A DNA stretch of 63,944 nt, counting the filler, from Craspedostauros australis (lineage: Eukaryota): the NCBI GenBank assembly GCA_030167865.1. It is 8 parts of 8 records of this genome, joined end to end, with 100 filler letters (N's around TTAATTAATTAA, not from the genome) between each part and the next. Parts side by side here need not be neighbours in the genome. Positions count along the whole stretch, not along the records: positions 34,652 to 51,947 come from JALAGF010004298.1; positions 52,048 to 58,883 come from JALAGF010004300.1; positions 58,984 to 60,812 come from JALAGF010004304.1; 5 more parts are not named here. One strand, written 5' to 3'. Shown in pieces: positions 49,083 to 60,912 of the stretch. How positions within the stretch are numbered: position 1 is the first letter of the stretch; each line of letters opens with the position of its first letter. A program made the position numbers and the translations under genes. Under the pieces are notes generated by a model. That model saw only the letters and a program-made list of their open reading frames with translations. It was not told where the DNA came from and searched no databases.

Positions 49083-50800
49083 TCACTTCCTTCGGAGGGC
49101 CTGCCGTGCCTTCTCAAGCGCTTCGTCTTCAGATGCTAACACCCACGATATCTCGTCATCGCCCCTCTTCAGAAAGCGAGTGCCGGCAAGCGACAGTTCG
49201 TCAATCACTTCCTCCTTTGCGATCCTGGTCTTCTCTTCTTGCGACGATGACGTGTATCTCGACCTCAATATCTTGATGTGTTCCGCCATGCGAATGTTAC
49301 CTTCATGGCATTGAAATGGTTTGCCCCTGCCAAGCAAAACATCATGGCCTGTCGGAACAATCTCGTCTCTGTTGTTGGACAACATGGCCACCTCTCTCTC
49401 CTTGGCCTCTCTGTTTCGGACCAATGCGTCGAACCTTTCTCGGTGTAGTTCTCCATTCTTCTTCAACGGGTGGATATCTGCGCCGATACCGTACGTACCC
49501 AGTGCGTACATGGATTCAAGATCCGACCCAGAGTGATGGCGGAATCGGACGCGAACTGGAGAGCCCATTGTGACTTGAATGGCAGAGACGGCTGACTTCA
49601 AATGCGGAGAGTCACGACATACATGAGATGCTGCGATCTTGATCGGAAGTGCCTTGGCAAGACCCAGTGCTCGGATCAAGAAGTCCCAGAAGACTGAATC
49701 TTTGTCATTGGTTTTATTGAGGTCTCCTATAGTCACAACACCTCGCCGTTGCTCTGCTGGTGTGAGCTCCTGCAAGCCAGACATTGCCGTGTAGAACATG
49801 GTCTTTTCCTGCCGTGGTTATGGAAGCAGTGATTGGCCCGTGGGAATGCATGGCAAGACGCAGCGTGGCACACGAGCCGATCGGAACGAAGGAAACATGA
49901 TGTGAGCTTGCGAAGAGTGGATTCTGCAGTAAGCGCAACAGCCACGCAGGTATTATGTATCAATGTCGCATATTCCTGCATGGCCACCACATCATCTAAG
50001 ATGTATAATATTTGCTCCGACGATTCGCGGAGAGATGGATCACCGTAGATCCTATCGCGATTGTGCGCACTCACCAAGCTCCGAAGGGTGCTGTCGCCAA
50101 GCAGCCGGATGATCTGATAGTACACCGGCCTGCCGGACCTGTCTCGGACATCGCTGGGGAACATCTGGCAGTTGCCTCTGTTGTATGACGCACGATCGGC
50201 TTCGTCCAAGTCGTCCAATGTGATGGATTTGCCCAGCTTGGAGAGTCCGAACAACTCCAGCTTCTTGCTGAAGAATGTGACCAGCTGCCGTGATGTGGCG
50301 CCGGGGTCGAAGCCGTTGGCACGAAGGAAGAGGAGCCGTAGTTCTGGATCCTTCGTGTATTTGGGATAAAAGAAGCAAGCCGTGTTGTATGCCTGCTTTT
50401 TGCGGATGTTGCCGAGCTTGGATTCCAAGGCGGCAAGCTGTTCCTGCAGGAACGCTTCATCTTCTGCTTCCTCTTGTTCCGTTGGTTGAATTATACCATG
50501 GATATCGTGGGACGCCTGTTCCCGTTCCTCCAAACTTAGCTTGGTCATATCCATGGCTTGCAGCACGTCGCCGTCTGATAGTGGCTCTGCAGGTCCCGAC
50601 TCGGATTGGCGCTGCGAAAATGTGTTCGGGGTTGCGACTGACAAAGTCGATGCTTGAGGGTCTCTGCTGGGTCCGGAGTCAACACATGGCACGCAAGGAC
50701 CACAGGCGTCAAGATAGGCGTATGGTGCCAGATCTTGTGTCACCCTTTGCTTGTCATACGCCGGTTCCGGCGGGGGTCGTTTGTTCCGCCCGGCTGGCAT
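49083..50800 (-). CDS. CRAL-TRIO-like + DUF6824-type protein, paralog C (483 aa); exons 50800-50075 and 49808-49083
   Basis: LSLEEREQASHDIHG, KDPELRLLFLR, RDRSGRP, DVLLGRGKPFQCHEGN, EALEKARQALRRK; intron position conserved. Confidence 0.85.
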
Positions 50801-51947
50801 GATTGTGTTGATGATATGCTTTCGCCTTGTATTTTGTGACGTTATCCGACCGTGTGGTTGCGACTGCGACTGCGACTGCGATTGTTGCTGTTGTTCTTGT
50901 TCTTGCTCTTGCTGCACCTATGATATGATTGGACCAACTAAGTACATCGAGTACCCTTGTATACTGCGATCTGTCTTGTTTCGTGATGAATTGATGCTGT
51001 CTCTCTCTCTCTCTCTCGTTAATGGTTAAGAAGCTTTTGCAGCGAGAGTACGCTGCTATTCACTCTGCTCTGTTCGACTCTGGTCTACTCGACGTGGGTT
51101 TCTGGCTGCTTCCTTCGCTGTGAAGGCTTGCGATCAAGGCCTTTCCTCTCGTTGGCGCCTTGCACGTACGAGTATGTGCCATACGGGTATGAGTGCGTAT
51201 CTCTGCTATGTTGAGCACCCTTCCACAACCCATGCACATTCCATCGGAAGATGGAGCATGGAGTCACTTGGAATGGTGTTGGTGGAAGGATATGAGGCGC
51301 GGCACTTCTCTGTACTAGCGCGAGTGCTCTCCGTTCTTGCTTGGCAGGTCCTGTGGTGGAAAGGCAGCAATCCGCCACCCTCTCTTGTCATAGCAGGTGT
51401 GGCTACGATGTCTTCGTCACCTCGGTGGCTGAGTGGGAAGAGACGTTGCAGACACAAGCCAAAGGAGGGAGGAGATTGGGAGCACAACAATGCGGATGAG
51501 CGGCCGTCGGTGATCGTGATCTTGTGTGTCCAGTTCTGTCGTCCTTGGTGTGAGAGATGTTCTGGCTTGTCTCGATCTGCGTCCATGCGTGTTTCGCAGG
51601 TTTCTCCATGATGACCAGCGAGAATAGAGGGCAAAAGAAGTCCGGTTGTGTCCGGCTTTGCCTTCCAGTGTCGGACTTTGGCAGGTCAAAAGGGGAAGTG
51701 AAACTGCCAACGTCAGCGCGGTTAAACGTAGTGTGACCACGAACGTAGATGAGACGATTGAGAATGTGTTTTGAGTTGATTTGGTGGTTGTAAAGCTTAA
51801 GTTTTGTAAGATTGTTGTTTTTATGAGATTGTTTTGGTTGAAGGTTGGAGAGGAAAACGAGATGGGCTGGTCATCACACTGCTCTGCTGTTGGTTGTCGC
51901 TGTTCATGGTCTTGTACATTTGAAAAATTGCTCCACAATCCCCAGGC

Positions 51948-52047
51948 NNNNNNNNNNNNNNNNNNNNNNNNNNNNNNNNNNNNNNNNNNNNTTAATTAAT
52001 TAANNNNNNNNNNNNNNNNNNNNNNNNNNNNNNNNNNNNNNNNNNNN
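51948..52047. other. Artificial contig linker
   Basis: N44-TTAATTAATTAA-N44. Confidence 0.98.
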
Positions 52048-55000
52048 GATGCTTGCAAGCGGCCGTTTGCGGACCTGGAAGCGGGGGAAGATGCTGGATT
52101 GACTGGGTGTTCCACTGTTGTTGTTGTTGTTGCTGCTGCTGCTGCTCTTGGCATTGGTGTTCAGGCGAGATTCATGACCAGAGGTTGGGATGTTGGTGGC
52201 GAGCCAGTCACTCCCGTGGACCTTTCGTTTGGTCCTCCTTCTCTTTGTGCTTCTCGTGCGCTGGAACATCTTGGATGTCGTGGGAGACTGTACGCTTGCC
52301 GTCGTTGCTGCTGTCGTTGCTGCTGCAGCGGTTGCTGATTGATTCAGATCCTTCTGCATCTCTTGAGACTCGATGGCAGTGTGCGGCAACTTGTCCGGCG
52401 AATCCTGAATCTCGATCACTTCAATCTCAGCTGCTTCAGCGCCTCTCTCTTTCGCAGAATCATCGGAGTCGTCATCAGCGCCACTGTCATCACTGTCAGA
52501 TGAATCGCTGCTGACGGATATCGTGTCTTGGCTTGTGACGGGCGTTGGTTTGGTCGACGCTGTCGTTTTGGACGCACAAGTAACCGATGCAACCCGATTC
52601 TTCTGCGACTGTTCAGGGTTGACTTTGCTGCCATCGTTGCTCTTGTTGCCAGTGGCTATGCTTGGACCTTCATCCGTCTTGCGACGGTAGGATGCTGATG
52701 TTGCCAATCCCTTCGTGTCAAGCAAGTCGTCTTCATCTTCTTCATCGGAACTGGGCATGTCCGTGTTGATACGCGAATTGGTTCCTCTGTTGGTCATTTG
52801 CAATCGTGACGGATCCTCAATACCAGTTGCATCAGCTCCCTTGGTGTCCTTGTGCTTGTCTGTGATCTTCGTGTTGCTAGTACTGCTGTTGTTGACACCG
52901 ACAACCTTCTCGCCCTTCGCTGCCTGTTGCACCTCCTCTTCGCCCATACACGAAGCCATCAAGTCTTCATCGAGCCGTCTGCCCACCGTCGTCTTCGGTT
53001 TGAGCGAGGCTGCTTTGATTTGTTTGGATACGGCGGGTCTGGAAGGTGGGAAGAGACGCTGCTTGCAAGTTAGCAGTCCGTCATGTGCATGTGCGGCTTG
53101 TCCTGGAGACAGAGACAATGGCGATTGATGGCTGCGCCTGCTGGTTGATGGCGATCTCGGATTCCTGCTCTTTGGTGTGATGGGGCTGGATGTTGGACTT
53201 CGCTTGCGTGAAACGGGGACGAATTGCAGCGGGGTGTAACTCAAGCGTCTTGCCTTGCGCCTGCCGCTGCGTGGTGATGTGGATCTTGGGGTTTGCGGAA
53301 TCTTGTGCGGTTTGGTGTTGGTTGGTGGAGTGGAGACAGAACGCACCTTGCTTGATGTGGCGGCAGCCGCAGCTGCAGCTACCGTGTTGTGAATTCCACC
53401 GACGCCGGGAACGAGAGAATCTGCACTGTCCTCGATGCTGTCGGTCGTGCCCTTGTCTTCAGCGGCGGATGCTGCTGCTGCTCCTTTCACTTCTGTCAGT
53501 TGCTTTGCTTGTTGCTCTGCGTCATAGTCTCTGCCTTCTGCCATCGCCAACAAGCGCTGGGCAGTTTCAGTATCCGCGGGTCCTGATGGGAACAACGGGC
53601 GCATTTCTTGGATGGTGTTTCGTGGAAACACTTGGCGAGGGACGAAGGGAGGTTCTGGTTTGCTTGTTGGTGCGGGTGCAGATGTGGTTGCAGATGCGGT
53701 TGCAGATGCAGTTGCATTGATGGTGGATGGTAATTCTGGCAATGGAATCGATGGCACGCCGGACTTCTGTGGCTTCCCTTCGTCTCGCGACCGCGCCTTT
53801 TGCTTGTGGGTGACTCTGCGATTCTTCATGTCTTCAGCATCAGCATCGGTATCACTGTCCAAGTCCAGCAAGAGCGATTCATGGTACTTCTCTTTGCGGG
53901 TCTTCGTGCTCTTCGCAGTTTGTGGTAATGCGCTGCTGGTGTTGGCACCAAAGGCGCTCGCCTGCTTCTCCTTCTTTCGATTTGGCGACATTGGCAATGG
54001 AAGCGACTCGTCCTCACTGCTGCTGCTGCTGCTGCTGCTGTCATCCAATGGGTGCGAATGTTCGGAGTGTGCATCGGTCTTTGTTGTCGTGGTTGCTTCT
54101 GCAGCCTGCAGAATGCTTCGTTGGTCGCCATCACTACCATCATCACTACCATCACTACCATCATCGCCATCGATCATTATCACATCACCATCGTCACCAT
54201 CATCACCACCGTCATCGTTGGCTTCTTTTCCTTTTCCTTTTCCGTTTGGGTTTTCGTGTTCATTCGTGGTTTCATCTCTCTGTTCGATTGTGTCACGTAC
54301 CGCCGCCTTGTTGGCGTCAGCAACATCGCTCTTTGGTGCACGACCAGCGTCGCCATCAACACCATGATCACACTTCTTTTCATTCACACCACCATCTCCT
54401 CCTGCTGTCACCGCCACATTCTCATGGCCGCAAGGATGATCGAATTCACCGGCGTTCAATTTGCTCCACGCTTCCCCCATCACCTTGTCTTTGATGGCCC
54501 GCAACTGCTTCACCTTTTGGTCGATGCCAGCGGAAGTGTGGGCCGTGCTATCCAACAGCAGACTTCCCGATCTCAGCGAGTACCATCCCAGCGGTTTGTA
54601 CATGCCGCCCAAATGATGCAGCCAGTCGCGTAGTTTGGCATCGTACTCGTAGATGCGTCGGATGGATGTATCTCGTGGGATTGTATCGCCGTTGTTGAGA
54701 GCCAAGGGATATCGGCACAACGATGGACTTTCCTGCATGCTGTCAGTGTCCGTGCCCGAAGGCGCACCAGCTGAGCTCCTCTGATCGTTCAGGATCTGCT
54801 TCTTGGGTGGAAGCTGACTTGGTGATCGTGGCACATCATTCTGCCGTCTCCCCACATTCGATTTGCGAGTACCAGTGGGTTTGCTGTCGTCATGATCCTT
54901 CACGCTCATTACCATGGCGATGCGATGGCCTTGTGCACTGCCAAGGACGAACAGTGGATGCGTGTACTCGACGATGTCTCCTGGTCGCAACGGTTCCCTG

Positions 55001-56946
55001 CCATACTGTTTGTGTCTGAGTCGGTTGGATCCGGTTGGACCCACTTGCACAATCTGGGATGGTGACCAGCCAGTTTCATCTTCGCTGCTGGTATCCGTGC
55101 TGCTGCTGGTCGTGTTGCTGGCGTTGTTGGCGCTGCTGGCTTGGCTGTCGCTTTCGTTTGGACAGCGATTGTCGTTGTGACTGCGGTTGTGACTGCGGTT
55201 GGTGCTGCGGTTGCGGGTTGTTGGCGCTTGTCTGTCTTCCTTCTCGCGGTTGCTGTGTTTGCTGTGGCGATTATTTGGAGTCGACAAGTTGCTGGTGGTG
55301 CTGGCGGTGCTGGCTGCCTTCTTGATGCTTTGTGTCTTCTTCTGCTTCGTTTCGCCGTCGTTGTGCTCGCTCTTTCGCTTGTGTTGGTGTTTACTTGTGT
55401 GCGCGCCTTTGCGCTTGTGTCTGGCATACTTCTTGCCTCGGCGATGGCCATGACCACGGTCACGACCACCATCAATATCATCTTCATCTTCACCTTCATC
55501 GTCATCCATGTCTGACCATTTCATGCGGTATGGAATCTCCAAGTCTTCATCGGCAATGTCGCATCCATGGGCATGCTCTTTGGTATCCGCCTTGTGTTCC
55601 TTTCGCTGTTGTTGCTGTTGCACTTGGGCTTGTAGTTGGCGTCTCTGCTGCCTTGCAAGTCTCCGTTCCATCACAGTATCCTCACTTTCCGATGACGAAA
55701 GAGAAGAGGACTTGGCGAACTTGCCGTGATCATGCCCATGCCTCCTCGACAGTGAGAATCTCTTCTTCTTCTTCTTCTTCTTCTTCTTCTTCTTCTCCGA
55801 ACAGTGGGTGTGCAACTTCGTTGAGGTTGGGGATGGTGCTGGCGATTCTTCTTCTTCATTATCGTTGTCTGATCCATCGAATGAATTGCTGTGAAGTTGG
55901 GACAAGGAGAAGGGATAGTCCTCAGAGTCTGACGATGAACTGCCATGATCACTTGGCATTCCAGTCTTCGATTCTGAATCAGAGCGCTCCGGATTTCGTG
56001 CTGATAACTGCTCTGATAGCTGCGCAGAAGAATCTGACGAAGGCGAAGATGGTGGGACGCACACGTCGGCAGATGATTCTGCACTGGATTCGTCGCTGCT
56101 GGAGCATAGCGAAACTCTTAGCACAATCGTCTTCTGCTTAGTCTTCTTCTTCTTCTTCGGCTGCGGGTGCTGTTGTTGCTTCTGGTGCTGTTTGTTTGAT
56201 GCGTATGAGCTTCTCTGGATCTGCTTCATCTTGTTCCTTTCGTCTGCGTTAGCACTCTTTTTGCTGGTGCGGATGCTCGTGCGGATTGGAGATTTCTTCA
56301 GTGTCACTTTGGATTGGCGGTATCTTCGTACGGTCTGGCGTGTCTCTCCCTCCGCGCAGCTCACACTGGTGTCGCTATCGCCATCGCCATCACTGTTGCT
56401 ATCGCCGTCGCTGTTGATGCTGATGTTGATGATCCGGTCCAGCTTCCTCCTCTTTTCGCTCTTTCGTTTTCCGTGATCAATCTTGTGCGAGACGTTCTTC
56501 ATGTCATCATCCCGCTTGTGACGGCCGCTGATCCTTGCCACATCAGCAGCGTGGTGAGTGCGCTTGCCATCACCTCCACTTGCGTTTGCCAAAATGGATG
56601 GACGAGAGCACAACTTGCTGCGAGAAGAAGAATCTCTCATTCCACTTCTTGATTTGCTCCGTCGCTTTCCACCAGCAGGGCTGCGTGAATTGAACAGAAA
56701 TGTTTGCTTCACGGACTTGCGGGCCGAACGCGGCGCCTTCTTCTTCTCCGATGGTGAGGACAGAAGCCTCTTCAGCTTGTTGTTGCTGCGGCTGCGGCTC
56801 CTGCTGCTCGTCTTACTCATTGCCTTGCTTCTAGTTTTGACTTCGATGTCGTCACTTCGACTTGCACGATGCTGAGCAGAGTCCTTGCGGATGCTGGTGC
56901 TGGAAGAGCGGTGCCTGCTGTCGGTCTTTCGGCTGCTTCGTGACAT
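52048..56946 (-). CDS. Redundant copy of the 1709-aa protein gene, 3'-truncated
   Basis: Identical translation up to ...KRPLASI, then the linker. Confidence 0.85.
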
Positions 56947-57248
56947 GGTGATGCTGTGGAAAAGTGATAGGATGGGGGCTCTCTATCGGTACTTGTGTGA
57001 GTATCTCTATTTGCTGTTATAGTGCTTGTGTTCACAATGAAGGAGCGTTGCCTGCAGATGAGTGTTGTTAAAGTCTGTGCTTGATGATTATGGGAATGCA
57101 ATTGATGCTCTCAATGACAAATGGATGGATGGATGGATGGATGGATGGATGGATGGATGGATGAATGATGAAGGAGGGGATTGCGTCAAAGCCTGTTGTC
57201 ATCCTCCTTGGAACATCACACAAAAAGTGACTCCTTTCATGGTCACTC
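52048..57248 (-). repeat. Reverse-complement copy of 34652-39852
   Basis: Mirrored identical ORF translations (coordinate sum 91900). Confidence 0.95.
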
Positions 57249-57811
57249 GCATGGGACAATGCCAAGAGTTGATGCCATCTTGATCATCGTCCACAACCGA
57301 AGTCCACCATCTCGTGTTTTGCTTCGAAGCTCTCTTCCTGTCTTTCGTTTGTGGTGTTGTTGTTGGTGGCGAAACTTGCGCCCAATCTTGAACTTGGTTT
57401 TGGTGAAAAGTTCGCGCCAACACGCCACGACTGATACGTGAATGGAGATGCAATTCTGGCCAATCAACGATGAGGAAATGGATCTTGGATGAGTGTTGGA
57501 GATGTGTTTGAGTCACAATAATCGAAAGCACATGGGACTGATACGTTTGGACGTGACTCACTTGGCTTCGAATCGTGTCTATATCGTACTTTCAATCTAG
57601 AGAGAGAGATGGAAACTATGGCGAGCTTGATTCAGCCACGTGGTTCGTCTTGAGTTGTTGAGAAGAGAGAGAGAAGACTAATCTAGAGAGGGTTACTTGT
57701 ACCATATATATATATATTGATACGGTGCTACGCTCGTGTATTCCATCTTGTTGCTCCTTCTCTTTCTCTCTTGTGTGCGTGTGCGATGCTCTGCTGCACG
57801 AGTACCGATGC

Positions 57812-58573
57812 TCAGTTGAATGTGACCTTGCAGTCGCTCACGTTGGCCAAGCGAGGAGATCCGCTGTTCTGCATCATGAGACACCAAGCGTCCTCCAACA
57901 TGGACAACACGTCATCATCCATCGGAGGTGGGCTCTTGTTCAGCAATCCAGACTCGGACTCGGTCTCCTTCTCAGCCTTCTTGTTGATCTTCTTCTTGCC
58001 CTTCTTGCCGTCGGCCTGAGCGGAAGCATCCGCGCCAAGGTACCAATCATCGTCATCGTTGTAGGCACTGAAGCAGTACTCGCACACATAGTCCATGGTG
58101 GCCGTGAGGTAGAGCTCGCGACCGTATGGGAAAGAGAGAGAACCAGAGGCAGACGCTTTGGGAGCGTCAACAGTGAAGCCTGCGCCGTCATCACCATCTT
58201 CGACGGTCTCGGACTGGATGGAGACGCCATCGACGGCCATCTTGTCTCCCAAAGGCTTCACCTGGTTGTAGGTCGACACGAAGGTGGCCTGGATGACGCG
58301 GTTGTCTCTTGGAGTGAGGGTTCCCTCGATGTTGGAGATGGAGGAGGTGATGCTGGACTCGTACATCTTGCCGAAGGTCAGGTCTTCGAGGCTCATCTTC
58401 TTGTCAGCGTGCTTCTTGGTGGCATGCTTCTTGGTGGCGGTGAGCTTGTCAGCGATGACTTGGAGGGTGTTGGTGTCGTCTTGGACGATGCGGAGGCTTG
58501 CGGCACTGGCCATGGTGACATGCTCAGCGGCGGCGAGGAGGGTGATGCTGGTGATGGCGGTGGAGAACTTCAT
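57812..58573 (-). CDS. Secreted protein (253 aa) with Lys clusters and a 4-Cys C-terminal region
   Basis: Signal peptide MKFSTAITSITLLAAA; KKHATKKHADKK and KKGKKKINKK; CEYC..DDDDW and WC...SGSPRLANVSDCKVTF; strongly biased codon usage. Confidence 0.85.
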   Translation of the reverse strand: MKFSTAITSITLLAAAEHVTMASAASLRIVQDDTNTLQVIADKLTATKKHATKKHADKKMSLEDLTFGKMYESSITSSISNIEGTLTPRDNRVIQATFVSTYNQVKPLGDKMAVDGVSIQSETVEDGDDGAGFTVDAPKASASGSLSFPYGRELYLTATMDYVCEYCFSAYNDDDDWYLGADASAQADGKKGKKKINKKAEKETESESGLLNKSPPPMDDDVLSMLEDAWCLMMQNSGSPRLANVSDCKVTFN

Positions 58574-58883
58574 GGTTGATAGAGTGTTGATAGAGTGTTG
58601 ATCGAATGTTGATAGAGTATTGGTTGATTGCGTTTCGTACTTGTGCAAGTTTGGTTTTATGAATGGATGAGCTGATGAATGTCGAAGTTGCTGATCATAC
58701 ACTTCGTTACTGCTTCTTGCTCATTACTCTTTGCTTTCATCGTTACTTTCATCGTTGGAACTGCAGGGCGTTTCTGGTTGATTGCGGCCGAGGCTCAGAT
58801 CATTCTCGCGTGTTCATCGTTGTTTGACCTGCGAGCTACATACTGTGCTGTATTCCTGCGACATCACACTTCGATTGATGGCA

Positions 58884-58983
58884 NNNNNNNNNNNNNNNNN
58901 NNNNNNNNNNNNNNNNNNNNNNNNNNNTTAATTAATTAANNNNNNNNNNNNNNNNNNNNNNNNNNNNNNNNNNNNNNNNNNNN
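58884..58983. other. Artificial contig linker
   Basis: N44-TTAATTAATTAA-N44. Confidence 0.98.
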
Positions 58984-59287
58984 GGGTGACAGGTGTCATC
59001 GAGGGCGATTCGGAACGCAAGTCGGTCGGCGGTCCAGTAGGCAATGCGGTTGGCGCGGTCGTTTCTGCAGCAGCCGGGTTTTCAGTGGGTGGCACTTGTT
59101 TGTTCTTGTTGCCCTTGTTGGTCTTCGTGTCGCCGTCGGCGTCCCTGAGGATGCGGGTCTTCTTCATCGTCGTATGGAGTTGCTCGGTTGGACCCACGGG
59201 AGTCCTGTTGCCGCGGAGCACGGCGTCGACCGTTGCCATGTCGGCGAGAGCGAGAAAGACGACAAAAGATGCCTTGGTGTAGATCAT
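58984..59287 (-). CDS. Secreted Pro/Thr-rich protein, 3'-truncated
   Basis: Signal MIYTKASFVVFLALA, then LRG, an RIL (RXL) site, KTNKGNKNK and PT/PS repeats running into the linker. Confidence 0.8.
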
Positions 59288-59571
59288 GGTTGTTCGGTAC
59301 TTGTTGGTTGGTGATTGATGGTTCAGGGTTGATCGTTGTTTGTTTGGTGTGATTGGTTGACAACTGGGATGGATTTATGAGATGAAGAGTTTGATTTGTT
59401 GGTTGTTCGGACCATTTTGTTTGCGTGTTCGATGTTGTGCATGAGGCAACATGGTACAGGAATGGCATGATGTCTAGGAGGCCATAGCTCCTCTGCAGCT
59501 GGGGCCTTCACAAACTCGAACCTTCACAACTGGCGACATCTGTCAGGAATCACAGGTACGATGAAACCGTG

Positions 59572-59736
59572 TGAAGAACAGCAGCATGCCAGTGGCACGC
59601 CACATGAAGATTGGCAGCATGTCAGTGGCACACCACATGAAGATCAGCATCGTGTCAGTGGCACACCACATGCAGATCAGCAACATATCAGTGGCACACC
59701 AGGTGAAGAACAGCAACATGTCAGTGGCACACCAGG
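59572..59736 (+). repeat. 33-bp minisatellite, 5 units
   Basis: Consensus approximately TGAAGA(A/T)CAGCA(G/A)CATGTCAGTGGCACACCA(CA/GG); units start at 59572, 59605, 59638, 59671 and 59704. Confidence 0.9.
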
Positions 59737-60812
59737 TGAAGAGAATTGTGCGAGTGGGACAATGAATGCAAAGTGTGAATACAAAAATGAAGAAGGGAAT
59801 TTGTGCGACGAGATGGAAATCTCGGTTTGCCATCCAGAACAAAAACTGATAACAACAACAAAACAAAATTAAAGTTGAAGTTCACCTAGTGGCTATTGGC
59901 TAATTTCCGGTTTTTTGGCACTTTTTGGTAATTATTGGTAACCATTGGCATATCACCGACGGCACAAGCTGCCATTCGATGAGTTGATGGCCGTTGCCTG
60001 GCATCTTCACATCATTAGAAAGAGGAGAGTGAGAGCTCTCTATTGATGTGTTCATTGTAGGCAAACGGTCTCCGCTTCCTGTTCATCTCGATGCCTCTTT
60101 TTACCCTTTATCGCCCTTTTTCATACGGACGACGTACGGATGTGATTTCGGAATTTCGTCGTTGGTAACCATTGGTAACCGCGTAGAGTCTACGACGTTC
60201 TGGTACAATAATTTGTTGCTTCTTCGTCCAATCTCGACCAACCGTCTTCCAAAGACCCGCATCCAATTCTGTTTCGTCTATTACTCAAGTGGATGGCATA
60301 GCTGAATCCACAACTTCATTCTGCTTTGGGTGGTGTGTTGGTCAGTGGTCCGGAATGCGTTTGTGTGCTGCTGTGGGTGTATGAAGTCAGTCACTAATGC
60401 TCGTGACAGCCATGATCATCGATCCGTGAACGCACAAAAGCTCGCGCCAAAAATTATCGTGCGTTTTTACGTGTTGTAGATTCGTACTGTGCTGCTCACC
60501 TGAGTCTCTCTACTTGATGCAAGGTTGTGCCTCGCGCTGATGTCGGATCATCGTGCCGTTTCTTTCAATCAACGCAGTAGCCTCTCTTGCACCTCCCCAT
60601 CTCGCCTTGGTCTTCGAATTTCGCTTCCTCCAAAGATACACCAACTTTCCTCCACTTCAGTACTCCTCCAAGTATCACAACCAACTTGCCCACCACCAAC
60701 ATTCCTCTTCGCCATGCCTCTCAAAGTGGGTTCTCACGTCTTCTCCAAGTTCAATCATCCCTCCCATGGATCTCATGGTGAGAAGGTCCCTCTCCGCGGC
60801 GTCGTGCTGAAG

Positions 60813-60912
60813 NNNNNNNNNNNNNNNNNNNNNNNNNNNNNNNNNNNNNNNNNNNNTTAATTAATTAANNNNNNNNNNNNNNNNNNNNNNNNNNNNNNNN
60901 NNNNNNNNNNNN
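60813..60912. other. Artificial contig linker
   Basis: N44-TTAATTAATTAA-N44. Confidence 0.98.

Noticed and set aside
51417..51938. Minus-strand signal-peptide-like stretch after an A/C-rich leader
   Set aside because: No ATG at the expected place and no recognisable downstream domain.
59572..59736. Possible CRISPR array
   Set aside because: Head-to-tail units with no unique spacers, no cas genes, and a eukaryotic context.
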